Below are positions 38,838-48,980 of a stretch of 64,000 bases of DNA, in pieces. The stretch's first letter is position 1; the number at the start of each line of letters is the position of its first letter. Origin of the DNA: a virus; IMG/VR virus record IMGVR_UViG_3300033571_019687, positions 1 to 64,000 of that record. One strand, 5' to 3'. The translations under genes were made by a program, and so were the position numbers. The notes under the pieces are model-generated. The model had not been told where the DNA came from, did not search any database, and worked only from the letters and a program-made list of their open reading frames with translations.

Positions 38838-39298
38838 TACACACCTGTACTACCAAAACCATTATTTCCCCTATCACTTGAACTAAGCTCGTTTTTATCC
38901 ACAAGACCAAATACAATAAGTTCAGTATTAACAAAAGGATTTACAAAATTAGAAAATACACCTTGAGCAATTTTCATACCTTTAGTAACATTAAAGGTTG
39001 TATTAGAATGGTTAATCAAAATAACCCCTATTTCGCCTCTATAATCGTTATCTACGGTCCCCGGACTATTAAGTACAGTAATACCATTCTTCAATGCTAG
39101 ACCGCTTCTAGGGCGTATTTGTAGCTCTAAATTGGGTACATCACTCATGTCAACAAATAATCCGGTTTTGATTAGTTTAATTTCTCCCGGATTAATACTC
39201 TCATCATGGTTTGCGCAAATATCAAAACCTGATGCCCTATCAGTAGCATAAACAAATGCCTGATTATTTGATTCGTTTACTAACTTAACTACTGGCAT
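38837..39298 (-). CDS. dut: Trimeric dUTPase
   Basis: ASGFD, RPRSG, GTVDNDYRGEI, RGNNGFGSTG. Confidence 0.95.
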   Translation of the reverse strand: MPVVKLVNESNNQAFVYATDRASGFDICANHDESINPGEIKLIKTGLFVDMSDVPNLELQIRPRSGLALKNGITVLNSPGTVDNDYRGEIGVILINHSNTTFNVTKGMKIAQGVFSNFVNPFVNTELIVFGLVDKNELSSSDRGNNGFGSTGV

Positions 39299-39299
39299 A

Positions 39300-39902
39300 T
39301 TACTGATTGTTTGAAGAATTTTTATTAGGGTCCATGTCTTTTTCTAAGACTCTAGCAATACCAATTGATCCACTCAATAATACAAATAATGCATTTGTAT
39401 TAAAAGCATTAGCCTCATCTTTTTTACTTAGAGCAAGAAAAGCATGATATTCTTGTCTTGAAAAAGTAATACCCAATTCATTTAACATAAAAATGGTCTC
39501 CTCGTTTACAGTTGAAGACGAATTATCATCATATTGAGTAATATTATCATAATATTGACCTCTTTGGTTATGATAACTGTTTTTAACTTCAACAAAGTTA
39601 ACAATTTTAGCAAAACCGTTAAGTAATGCCAATTTTGTTATACTTTTAGGATCCAACTCTCTTGAAGTACCTTTAAATAATTTGGCACTAATATGTGCCG
39701 CATCAGACACCTTCAGCGCATTGTTGACAAAACCGCCAGCAAACCCTCCAGTATGGGTGTACCTACCGTTTGGAGATACAATAAGCTGCTTTGCATATTT
39801 TTCCAATAATTTATCAGTGAGCTCATCACCGAGGCAAAATTGTAGCCCTTTGATATACCTTTCAAAGTTAGCTCTGATTGTTGTTTCATCTAATAGTTGC
39901 AT
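39300..39902 (-). CDS. HD-domain-like protein lacking metal ligands
   Basis: GGFVNNALKV and LLNGFAK at the positions of H and HD. Confidence 0.5.
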   Translation of the reverse strand: MQLLDETTIRANFERYIKGLQFCLGDELTDKLLEKYAKQLIVSPNGRYTHTGGFAGGFVNNALKVSDAAHISAKLFKGTSRELDPKSITKLALLNGFAKIVNFVEVKNSYHNQRGQYYDNITQYDDNSSSTVNEETIFMLNELGITFSRQEYHAFLALSKKDEANAFNTNALFVLLSGSIGIARVLEKDMDPNKNSSNNQ

Positions 39903-39926
39903 AATACTGTATTTTAGTTACAGTAG

Positions 39927-39958
39927 CAAATTTAGTGATTATTTTTCACATAACCAAA
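39927..39958 (-). promoter_or_regulatory. Bacteroidota-type promoter TTTG-N20-TAAATTTG
   Basis: Exact consensus, 24 nt upstream of ATG 39902. Confidence 0.75.
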
Positions 39959-39964
39959 TTTCAC

Positions 39965-41191
39965 TTAAAAAAAAGTTTGATAAACTTCATGTCTAAGTGT
40001 TGATACATTTCTAAGATCATATTTTTCTTTGACTGTATCGTATAACGCCAACCCTAATCTTTTGGCTTCGTCTCTATTATACGCTAAGTATTTTATAAAT
40101 TTAGCCCACTCTTTAGCATTCTTATTCGGTTTAACCAATAGAGAATTACCTTCACCATATTGACCTTCACCTTTATATGCAGATACTAGATCTTGTTTAT
40201 ATGGACCAAATTCAGAAGCTATGATAGGTAATTTATGGAAACCAGATTCAAGAACTTTAAGATTACTTTTATATGTATTGAACTCAAAATCTTTAAGAGG
40301 CGCAATAACTAAATCCAAATCATTATAATTACTAGCATATTCATTTACAGGTTTAGTCCATACTCTCTTATATGCAGTATCGTCATCATTCATTTTAACA
40401 GATCTGTCAAACAATAATAGACTGTTTAGATAAGCCCTATCATTACTATCTACTGTCCTATAATTATCAGTTACAATAGCTTCATAGTTAGCCCATACTG
40501 AAATTGGGATTTTTTTACCTCTTACTTCATAATATTTAGATACCCCTCTTAAGTCAAATCCACACAATACGAATTGTAAATCATTCTTAAACTCCTTTGA
40601 TAATATATTAACAACACCATCAATAAGTTTTAAATCTTGCAAGTGACTTGAACCAGCAACGTAACCAATTCTAAATCTTTTAGATTCAGTTGGGTTATGA
40701 ACAAATTGTTTTTCTTCCGGATTTATTGCATTTGGAATAACAAATACATTTTTGTTGATTGGGTATATTTTCTCTTTAAGAGCCTCAGTTGAACAAGTAA
40801 CAAAATCAGCGACCTTAAGTGTTTCTATAATATATGATGCAATATTATTTTTCATGAAAAATTGGTAATAAGGGTGCATGTGATCTAATACCCAATAATC
40901 ATCTGTATCTATAATAACCTTAATACCAAGGCTTTTAATAAACTCAATTAATGGTTTAGATTTTTCATAAGTTTGACCGGCAATTTTTTGAAAAATAACA
41001 GCATCGTATTTTTTAAGTGACTCAATATCATTAAAGTCGAATGTTGATGAAACATCTATCTTATATTCGTCTGGATATAGTTCATCTAACATAATATTTG
41101 GGTCAGTCATTCTGTACTTATCAGTACCCCCTTGTGGACCATTTGATACTACTACTAAAATTCTCTTCATTTTTATTATGATTTTGAACAA
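39965..41191 (-). CDS. GT-B fold (GT4-like) glycosyltransferase; start probably ATG 41170
   Basis: DTDDYW, IPNAI, DLVIAPL..FEFNTYKSNLKVLE..FHKLPIIAS; TATGTTTG (-7 box) at 41189-41196. Confidence 0.8.
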   Translation of the reverse strand: MFKIIIKMKRILVVVSNGPQGGTDKYRMTDPNIMLDELYPDEYKIDVSSTFDFNDIESLKKYDAVIFQKIAGQTYEKSKPLIEFIKSLGIKVIIDTDDYWVLDHMHPYYQFFMKNNIASYIIETLKVADFVTCSTEALKEKIYPINKNVFVIPNAINPEEKQFVHNPTESKRFRIGYVAGSSHLQDLKLIDGVVNILSKEFKNDLQFVLCGFDLRGVSKYYEVRGKKIPISVWANYEAIVTDNYRTVDSNDRAYLNSLLLFDRSVKMNDDDTAYKRVWTKPVNEYASNYNDLDLVIAPLKDFEFNTYKSNLKVLESGFHKLPIIASEFGPYKQDLVSAYKGEGQYGEGNSLLVKPNKNAKEWAKFIKYLAYNRDEAKRLGLALYDTVKEKYDLRNVSTLRHEVYQTFF

Positions 41192-41223
41192 ACATAATAG
41201 TACTAAACAAAAAAGGAAACAGA

Positions 41224-41427
41224 TTAATCTGTTTCCTTTTCTACTAAATTATCAAATTCACCTTTTTTAACAGAAGTTAAAAAATCTTTAAACTGTTCTT
41301 TTGTCCATATTGTTTCACCTTCAACTCCCTCTTTATCGCCTAGACTAATTTTACCATCTGGTAATTCTGTGACAACTGGACAACATTTGTGATTTCTACA
41401 GAAAGTTATTACCCTTAAATTACTCAT
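41224..41427 (-). CDS. DUF397-like small protein
   Basis: C..V...G.I..GD...TIWTKEQFKDFLTSVKKGEFD. Confidence 0.5.
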   Translation of the reverse strand: MSNLRVITFCRNHKCCPVVTELPDGKISLGDKEGVEGETIWTKEQFKDFLTSVKKGEFDNLVEKETD

Positions 41428-41428
41428 T

Positions 41429-42148
41429 TTATTTCTTAATTTTACCTTGCTTAGTTATCTTAGCTGTGAATATTGTATCGCCTATAACAAATTTTATTTC
41501 TTCGTCATCAATACCATTCATTGAAAACGCTTCTTTTAAAATAATCTTTCTATCTTCTTTTATACCCTCAGCCAGCACTTCAAGCATTTGATCCATTTTC
41601 TCTTCAACAACCTTTTCCATTATCATCTTAATCATAGAGTAATCTATATTAACAGATGATTGATTACTCTGACTTGTATTAACAGATTTTGTTTGTTGAG
41701 TTTTATTTAATGGTTTAAGATTGTTAATTAAACGATCTTTAAGTGCATTACCTGATCCATTTTTGACCATTTCTTCATATAATTGAAGATTTCTAGCTAA
41801 TTCATCATCACCAGTCATTTGATTTAATACCGGATTAGAAAAATTCTTTTTAGCCATTGGTGATGCCATTATCTTTTCAGCTAAATTATCACCATTACTT
41901 AATGGTACTCCAGCAACAGGTACAGGAGATGTGGCTCTCTCTTTCATAAGAGCCTTAGCAATTGCTGGTGGTAAATTATCTTCAACGTTAATATCTGGAT
42001 TAATTGCCGACATTAGTTGCATTTCAGCATGTGGATTATATGATGTATTTACCTCTTCATCCATAGAATAATAACCACCAAGATTAAAATTTTCATTAAT
42101 CATGTTGTTATTTGATTGTTTCGGTTTGGTTTGATTGAACTTCGCCAT
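41429..42148 (-). CDS. Hypothetical protein
   Basis: 239-aa ORF, low-complexity N-half. Confidence 0.65.
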   Translation of the reverse strand: MAKFNQTKPKQSNNNMINENFNLGGYYSMDEEVNTSYNPHAEMQLMSAINPDINVEDNLPPAIAKALMKERATSPVPVAGVPLSNGDNLAEKIMASPMAKKNFSNPVLNQMTGDDELARNLQLYEEMVKNGSGNALKDRLINNLKPLNKTQQTKSVNTSQSNQSSVNIDYSMIKMIMEKVVEEKMDQMLEVLAEGIKEDRKIILKEAFSMNGIDDEEIKFVIGDTIFTAKITKQGKIKK

Positions 42149-42608
42149 CTTTAATTCCTTTATTAGGACCTTTAGGTTTACCTAAGTCGATAATACTAAT
42201 AGGTTTGTTATTTAACATTGTTGCGTCACTGTTTGGTTTAAAATTAGGACCAGTAGGTTTATCAAACGCTGAATACCTATTATTTCTTGCCCAAAATTTA
42301 TCACCATCCATTACTTTAAGCATACTCATTTCACTAACCAAAAAGGTTTTCCATGCGGGTCTACTAGTATTTGTAACGCCACTCATTTGATAAGCTCTAA
42401 CAATGTGTCTACCTTTTTTTGATAAACCACGAGATACAGGTTCAACAATTCTCCAGTTCTGTAAATATTTTCTACCATCTTTCCTTTTCTTTCCAGATAA
42501 GACATCTAAACCTCTATACCAAAATATTATCATATACTTATTACGTATAGCATAATCAATAGCAGCTAGTCTATCTTCAAGATCAGGATTTTCAATAAAT
42601 TTACTCAT
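42108..42608 (-). CDS. Stand-alone WYL-domain protein
   Basis: AIRNKYMIIFWY, WRIVEP, VRAYQ, WKTFLVSEM. Confidence 0.65.
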   Translation of the reverse strand: MSKFIENPDLEDRLAAIDYAIRNKYMIIFWYRGLDVLSGKKRKDGRKYLQNWRIVEPVSRGLSKKGRHIVRAYQMSGVTNTSRPAWKTFLVSEMSMLKVMDGDKFWARNNRYSAFDKPTGPNFKPNSDATMLNNKPISIIDLGKPKGPNKGIKDGEVQSNQTETIK

Positions 42609-42858
42609 AAGGATTATCTTTATTAAACATATTAAGAGATGTTAATCTGCGAAACTGTTCATTATCAATAGATGTACCTATTTGATTATTATTTAAACCT
42701 CTACCCTTATCATCGTTATCGCTAAGAGCATTTTTGTTTTCTGAATTATACTCAAATTCGTTTTGACTGTAAACATTCTTTTGAGTTAATTTAAGTTTTT
42801 CTTCTTCCGCAACTTTGGTTAGAAGATCTTTTGCCTGTATTTTTAGTGGATCTGCCAT
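42601..42858 (-). CDS. Small hypothetical protein
   Basis: 85-aa ORF in operon. Confidence 0.6.
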   Translation of the reverse strand: MADPLKIQAKDLLTKVAEEEKLKLTQKNVYSQNEFEYNSENKNALSDNDDKGRGLNNNQIGTSIDNEQFRRLTSLNMFNKDNPYE

Positions 42859-42859
42859 A

Positions 42860-43354
42860 TTAGATTATTTTTTTCATCATTTCAATTATTCTTTGTTCTT
42901 GCAACCTTTTTACGTCATTAAGACCATGTTGTTTAAAATCTGTTAGTGGTACTTCCGGAATTATATCCTGTTTCATTGTTTTTTTTAATTCCATATTAGC
43001 CTTTAACCCAACTTCCCTAAAATGATTTTGCCTAGATTCATCATCATCAGTTAACCTTTTTAACATATTTGTTACATACTCACGCATTATATCACCGCCA
43101 TTTAAAACATACTCTAGTGTAGCATTATCATCGGTTATACCTTTGTAATTGTAATCAAATTCGTGTTTCAACCTCTTTAGGCTCTCGAAAGATATATGTT
43201 TGGTGTTAACCATATTCATTAATCTCTCGTATCCATTAGTTCGTTTATTGCCGGGTGTAAGTTTATTGCCATAAGTAAGATATGTTGTCAATAAATGATC
43301 ATAAATATCTTTACTTAAGTTTATATCTTTACCATATAATCTTTGGTTAGCCAT
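42860..43354 (-). CDS. Hypothetical protein
   Basis: 164-aa ORF in operon. Confidence 0.65.
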   Translation of the reverse strand: MANQRLYGKDINLSKDIYDHLLTTYLTYGNKLTPGNKRTNGYERLMNMVNTKHISFESLKRLKHEFDYNYKGITDDNATLEYVLNGGDIMREYVTNMLKRLTDDDESRQNHFREVGLKANMELKKTMKQDIIPEVPLTDFKQHGLNDVKRLQEQRIIEMMKKII

Positions 43355-43356
43355 AA

Positions 43357-43914
43357 TTAACTAAGTTTACTTTTAATGTATCTACTAACTACATGTCTTT
43401 CAACAGGTGATAAAGATTTTACCCAATCAAGACAAGAATCTAGTCTATTAAACAGCTTTGATTCTCTGGACTTGATATTATCTATGTCATATTCAGAAGA
43501 GTCTACCAATAAATCATTATCATTAGTCTCCTTTTTCATCATTAGACGTTCTTTGATCATATCATCTAATGATTTAGTTTCATAGTATTTGTTTATACTA
43601 TCTTTCTCATTTTTCTCTTCCAAGAATTTAACAAAATCATCATAAGACATTGAATCAGCCTCACTGTTATATGGTGCTTCTTCATACATCATTCTTTTAG
43701 TTGTTACAACACTAGATCCTTGACCAAAACTATATGAATCCATACCGCTACTAAGATTAGCAACAGCATCTTCAATATCATCAGTATTATATGGCTTAGC
43801 CGAGCCTTGATTAGTCATAGTACCAGTACCACTAGGTACATCACCCCTAGATAATTTTAGTGGTTCTGTAACACTGTTTGTCTTAGATATAAATTCTTTT
43901 AACTTAATTCTCAT
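43357..43914 (-). CDS. Hypothetical, putative head protein
   Basis: MRIKLKE leader; CTATTTA upstream. Confidence 0.55.
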   Translation of the reverse strand: MRIKLKEFISKTNSVTEPLKLSRGDVPSGTGTMTNQGSAKPYNTDDIEDAVANLSSGMDSYSFGQGSSVVTTKRMMYEEAPYNSEADSMSYDDFVKFLEEKNEKDSINKYYETKSLDDMIKERLMMKKETNDNDLLVDSSEYDIDNIKSRESKLFNRLDSCLDWVKSLSPVERHVVSRYIKSKLS

Positions 43915-43933
43915 AGTTAATATCTTATTTACT

Positions 43934-43940
43934 TAAATAG
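43934..43940 (-). promoter_or_regulatory. CTATTTA putative late promoter
   Basis: 19 nt upstream of ATG 43914. Confidence 0.6.
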
Positions 43941-46058
43941 TTAAAATCTTTCAGGATAAGTAATTACTCTACCGGATCTTATTGTTGTTAAATTATAGTC
44001 TTCGTTATAATCATTTACAATACTTCTTATTTCAGTAAAAAACAACGGTGTCATATAAAAATTAAATTTAACTAAACCACCTGTAAATGTTCCAGCAAAA
44101 AATCTATCTAATAATGATCTATATTTTATTTCGATATCACCATATTCAATACTATCTAATAAACCATTTGTACCACCACCAACACTTATATTAAATGGCA
44201 CACCTTGTTGTAATTTTTCATGTACATCTAAAGCATGTGGTATTACTTCATTAGCATGATTGTCTTCAAACACCTTGAAACCATTAACAAATATCTTAAA
44301 CGTACCTATTTTACTCGTATTTTCATCATAAACAACTAAATCACAACCATCATAAGGGATTTCTCTACTGAAAGTTACTGCAATATGAACAAATTTATCT
44401 TCGTTAATATCTATAACACTTTGATTTGTTCTTACATCATATACAGTAAATCCAGTTGTATAAATAACTCCATATAATTTATCTTCATAACAAGGCCCAT
44501 ATACGTTATCAAAACTAAAATTACTTAAGTCTTCATCAATATTTTTGATCTGATCTTCATCTAAATCACATTTAGGGCCAGTAATTATTCTGTAACCTAT
44601 TCTACCTTCATTATCAATATATACACTTAATGCATTATCAATAATATCATAATAACCTCTTTGTCTTGTTAATACTTGAGAAGTTTCTGGATCGTAAACT
44701 CTACCACTATAAGTTGTTCCACTATAATAATTATAATAACCGTGATACCATTCACCATTTGGTAGATAATAACCATCTTTATCAGTTGTTAATCCCGTTA
44801 AATTAAGAAATGTAAAACCTGTATAATCATAAGTGTTACCAGTTATTAATTCAATAAATTCTGGGTATTCTATACTTATAGTATTTATTTCTTCTTCTGT
44901 AAATGTTTTATACTTGTTTTCAGATCTAGTACCTAAATAAAATATGTTACCACTATTATCACCGTAAGAATAGTTTATTGGATTAAAAAGATACAAAGGT
45001 TCTTTTGTTGCTGTAATAAACGTTGTTGGATCACCAAATAGGCCTCCATCACCTAGTCCTATCCAAGTTTCATCTATTGTATATGGTGGTAATAAAAATT
45101 GCTCAGTTTCATTAAACAAAAAATAAAACATGGTTTTTTGATCAATTATATCGAGAGTGATAAACAATTTTTTATTATCCACGTCATAATTAAATGTTGC
45201 GTTTCTATCAACAAACCATTGTGTGCTACTCAAGAAAAATATCATATCTACCAAAAATAGATACTTGTTACCACTTAAACCATTAGTATATTGACTAGTT
45301 AAATTAAAGTTTAATAAAACCTCATTACCAACATTTTCATTATCTTCATTTATTAATGCATAAGCAAGTATAAGTGCCTTACCAGTATCTTCTGGTATAA
45401 ATTCTCTAAATGTAAATTCATAGGTTTGACTTGTCACTTCTGGTATAATGGGATCTTCCAAACCAACCGGAAATTTAAGTAATGCATCAAATGACCAACC
45501 CTTTCTTGCACGAGGTTTAAAAAATTCTATTGGGTATTTGTGTAGTTTAAATAATCCTTGATAATATCCACCATTTAATTTAACATAGTTTAAATTATCA
45601 TCTGTTGTTCTATTAAAAATATCATACGTAAAACCGTATGAGTCACCATAAGGATATGCACTACTGGTATTTTCACCATTAAAATAGAATTCATAAGGTA
45701 TCTCAATACCCCTGAATTGATCTAAATATTCCGGTTCCAACGATTCTAAATACTTTGTTAATGTTTGACCGGTTACTCTGTGTAATAAAAATGGTTCACC
45801 TTCTTCAATGGTTTTAGTATTACCTGTTGTTGGTATAGTTGATGTGTTGCCTGTTATATATCCATTATCATAACCAACCAGACTTATATAATCTAAATTA
45901 AAGTCTTGGTTATTATTTTCAACAGATTCACTATCATCATAATCAAAATGATATTTAATTACAGTATAATCATCTAAGTATCTTTTAAATGGTTTACCAT
46001 CATTATTAGATAACTTAAAATCATAGTATTCTTCTTTGTTTTCATCCAATCTAATCAT
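43941..46058 (-). CDS. LamG/concanavalin-like structural protein
   Basis: FVHIAVTF, FKIFVNG, ISVGGG, FTGGLVKFNFY. Confidence 0.6.
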   Translation of the reverse strand: MIRLDENKEEYYDFKLSNNDGKPFKRYLDDYTVIKYHFDYDDSESVENNNQDFNLDYISLVGYDNGYITGNTSTIPTTGNTKTIEEGEPFLLHRVTGQTLTKYLESLEPEYLDQFRGIEIPYEFYFNGENTSSAYPYGDSYGFTYDIFNRTTDDNLNYVKLNGGYYQGLFKLHKYPIEFFKPRARKGWSFDALLKFPVGLEDPIIPEVTSQTYEFTFREFIPEDTGKALILAYALINEDNENVGNEVLLNFNLTSQYTNGLSGNKYLFLVDMIFFLSSTQWFVDRNATFNYDVDNKKLFITLDIIDQKTMFYFLFNETEQFLLPPYTIDETWIGLGDGGLFGDPTTFITATKEPLYLFNPINYSYGDNSGNIFYLGTRSENKYKTFTEEEINTISIEYPEFIELITGNTYDYTGFTFLNLTGLTTDKDGYYLPNGEWYHGYYNYYSGTTYSGRVYDPETSQVLTRQRGYYDIIDNALSVYIDNEGRIGYRIITGPKCDLDEDQIKNIDEDLSNFSFDNVYGPCYEDKLYGVIYTTGFTVYDVRTNQSVIDINEDKFVHIAVTFSREIPYDGCDLVVYDENTSKIGTFKIFVNGFKVFEDNHANEVIPHALDVHEKLQQGVPFNISVGGGTNGLLDSIEYGDIEIKYRSLLDRFFAGTFTGGLVKFNFYMTPLFFTEIRSIVNDYNEDYNLTTIRSGRVITYPERF

Positions 46059-46059
46059 T

Positions 46060-47157
46060 TTACATTACAAGTATAGGTTTTTTCATTGGTCTGTACTTTA
46101 AAGCATTTTGTAATGCTTCTGCTTCTTCTGCTGCACGTTTAAGCATGTTTAATGGTGACATTCTTTCAAGACGTTTATATAACTCATCATTTAGAGTTAG
46201 TATTCTATCTTTAGCCTCAGTATCTAATGATTGATAATCTAATGTTAGTGGTGTATCTGGTACATTTATTGAACCAGAAAACTTACCTCTAACTTTAGCT
46301 AATGAGCTCATTGATTTAGCGACAAAATATTGTCTTACCCAAATTTTAGAAGGTTGATTTAAATCCTCAAAACTGATATCGTCTAAAGGTACATCGGCAG
46401 GTGATTTAATAATATCCTTATTTGTTTTTAAACAATCATCTTTATTCCCTTTGCTAATATCATAATACCAATACCATACTCTGCCTCTATTCAATAATCT
46501 ACCTCCTCTATCGTATTTACCACCCGGAGTGTTATATAGATGAACAAATTTAGTACCATTAGGGCCATTTGTAATCTTATATGTTAATGTACCGTTTAGT
46601 ATTCTGTCTTTAAGGGATAAATCAGCATTACGCATTAAAATATCAAATGATGGTAATACATAAAAATTACCTAGAGTAGAGAAATTTGAACCCATAGCAT
46701 TAGCAAAATAACCAAGATATGGATCAACAAATGATCTATCAAGAGTTGGTGGATTATACCACATAACCTCATTTATTTCTCTATTAGCTGGAATTTGATA
46801 AGTTTGCACACCTGAAACCAATTCAATATAATCACTTTTTAATTCATATCCACCTTCACCAGCACCTAAGCCAACTATTTTGGAATAAGAATAAGTATAT
46901 TGCGTAACATAATCTTGATTCCTTGTAATTAAAGCCCTTGTTATATCGTCTTCTTGTGTATTAAGACCATATAAAGAAGTCCACTGTGCTTCAATGATAA
47001 AGTTTTGTATTTTTTCAACATAATCATCAACTGATATTTCTAACAACTCAGTTAACATTTCGTTAGTTAATTCTACACCAACTATCGGGGCACCAAGTTC
47101 TGTTCTTACTTGTTTGAACAGTTTTTCCTTTTCTTTATCTGATATTCTTAGGCTCAT
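46060..47157 (-). CDS. Neck/head-tail adaptor (T4 gp13-like)
   Basis: RTELGAPIVGVELT, VRGKFSGSINVP, L(TL)DY..L..EAK. Confidence 0.75.
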   Translation of the reverse strand: MSLRISDKEKEKLFKQVRTELGAPIVGVELTNEMLTELLEISVDDYVEKIQNFIIEAQWTSLYGLNTQEDDITRALITRNQDYVTQYTYSYSKIVGLGAGEGGYELKSDYIELVSGVQTYQIPANREINEVMWYNPPTLDRSFVDPYLGYFANAMGSNFSTLGNFYVLPSFDILMRNADLSLKDRILNGTLTYKITNGPNGTKFVHLYNTPGGKYDRGGRLLNRGRVWYWYYDISKGNKDDCLKTNKDIIKSPADVPLDDISFEDLNQPSKIWVRQYFVAKSMSSLAKVRGKFSGSINVPDTPLTLDYQSLDTEAKDRILTLNDELYKRLERMSPLNMLKRAAEEAEALQNALKYRPMKKPILVM

Positions 47158-47178
47158 CTCTATTTATCTGTTTATTAG

Positions 47179-47185
47179 TAAATAG
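47179..47185 (-). promoter_or_regulatory. CTATTTA putative late promoter
   Basis: 21 nt upstream of ATG 47157. Confidence 0.6.
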
Positions 47186-47198
47186 AGATTTAACATTA

Positions 47199-48980
47199 CT
47201 ACTTCTTAGTAATCTTTGATAAAATATCTTTAATTAATTCCGTGTTATCATAATAGATAAAATCATCTTTCATGAACTGATTAATATTGGAAAACTTATA
47301 AATCAGTTTATTATAAATGTCAGAATCAATAGTATCAGCCAATATATTGTATATGACTGTACATTTTTTATCTTGTCCTATACGATATATCCTGTCTTCT
47401 GCTTGACTATGGTTTGCAGGTACCCAATCCACGTCATTGAATATAACATAATCAGCTTTAGTTAATGTTAACCCAACACCTGCTGCAATTATATTACCAC
47501 AAAATACTCTCTTTTTAGGGTTATTTTGAAAGTCATCTACAATTTGTTGTCTCTTAGTTACTGATACGCTACCGTCTATTAATACAGCATTAGTATTAAA
47601 ATGTTCATATATGTCTCTAATACTATCAGTAAAACAAGAAAATACTACCACATTATGACCATCTTCTAATAATTCTTCTATCTGTTCAATAGTATATTTA
47701 ACCTTTTCGTCAGCAATCAATTTTCTTAATTTAGATAATTGATTTATACTTGTAATTTGTGACGGGTTATTACCTTTCTTAATTTCATCATCATACCATT
47801 CTTGATATTCCTTAACATAAGCATTATAAGCTGATACTTCTTCAAGTTCATAATATCTTTGAGTTACAATTTTATCTGGTAAATCAAGAACTTCATTTTT
47901 ATTACGTTTAAGAAATATATCATCAACATATCTCCTTAACTCATCAATATTTGATGCACCATTTGTAATCCATACTTTTTTATTCCCCTTACGAAACGAC
48001 TTACCATCACAATATCTTAAAACATAACGTTGCCAGTTACCTGATAATGGCGAGTTACACCCTTCAAGTAAACTAAATAAATCAATAGGTTTATTGGTAA
48101 TAGGTGTACCAGTTAAAAACCATACTGTTTTACATTTTTTAGCTAAATCAATAGATATTTTAGATCTTTCACTTTTCATGTTCTTAACGTAATGTGCTTC
48201 ATCAAATATAATCAAATCGAATCCGGATTTTTCAAATAAACTTAAATTTTGTACTTCACCCTTTTTCCTTGTAGATATACTATGATAATTTTTCAGAGTG
48301 TCATAATTAACAATATTCCACTTTTTATTTAAATATCTATGATGATTTAATATTGTAATATCGTTAATATCTTCAAAGTTACTGATCTCTACTACCCAGT
48401 TCTTTTTAAGAGATGCTGGACATACAACCAATATTTTTTCATATTTACCTAAAACAGCAGCAGCTATAGCAGATGTAGTTTTACCTAAACCCATATCATC
48501 AGCTAATATAAATCTATCTTTTGATAGTAAAGAAACAATAGCGTCTTCTTGGTGAGGCATAGGTTTTCTTTTAAGGATACTAAAGTCAATATCCTCCCTT
48601 TTAACACCTTTATCCTTGATAAAATATGAATTTTTTAACCTAATATATTTATATCTATTTGGTTGGCAATCAAATGATGCCCATACATCAATAGAATCAT
48701 CTGTTCTACCTAAAACCTTTTTAATATGTAAACTATTAGGTTCATCAGGTAAATTATTAACTGTTTTAATAAATGAGGTAACAGATGGATGTAATCTTGC
48801 TATTTTATTAACGACTATTGGTTTTTTATCATAATATTCTTCAACATATTCAGCTTGATTAATTGTTAAAGTTGACATTTTCTTATTTTTAATATTATTC
48901 TTTAACAATAAAATATAGTCGTTTGTTCCCTCGTATTGCAATAGTTTATTCGTAACTCTAATTTGATCAAAAGCATTCAT
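47199..48980 (-). CDS. SNF2-family (SMARCAL1/HARP-like) helicase
   Basis: LADDMGLGKT, VCPASL, DEAH, TGTP, GVGLTLT, QAEDRIYRIGQ. Confidence 0.9.
   Translation of the reverse strand: MNAFDQIRVTNKLLQYEGTNDYILLLKNNIKNKKMSTLTINQAEYVEEYYDKKPIVVNKIARLHPSVTSFIKTVNNLPDEPNSLHIKKVLGRTDDSIDVWASFDCQPNRYKYIRLKNSYFIKDKGVKREDIDFSILKRKPMPHQEDAIVSLLSKDRFILADDMGLGKTTSAIAAAVLGKYEKILVVCPASLKKNWVVEISNFEDINDITILNHHRYLNKKWNIVNYDTLKNYHSISTRKKGEVQNLSLFEKSGFDLIIFDEAHYVKNMKSERSKISIDLAKKCKTVWFLTGTPITNKPIDLFSLLEGCNSPLSGNWQRYVLRYCDGKSFRKGNKKVWITNGASNIDELRRYVDDIFLKRNKNEVLDLPDKIVTQRYYELEEVSAYNAYVKEYQEWYDDEIKKGNNPSQITSINQLSKLRKLIADEKVKYTIEQIEELLEDGHNVVVFSCFTDSIRDIYEHFNTNAVLIDGSVSVTKRQQIVDDFQNNPKKRVFCGNIIAAGVGLTLTKADYVIFNDVDWVPANHSQAEDRIYRIGQDKKCTVIYNILADTIDSDIYNKLIYKFSNINQFMKDDFIYYDNTELIKDILSKITKK

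Noticed and set aside
357-48980. Cellular or giant eukaryotic virus origin suggested by PolB, SNF2 and ClpC
   Set aside because: These genes sit among T4-like capsid, portal, terminase and contractile tail genes
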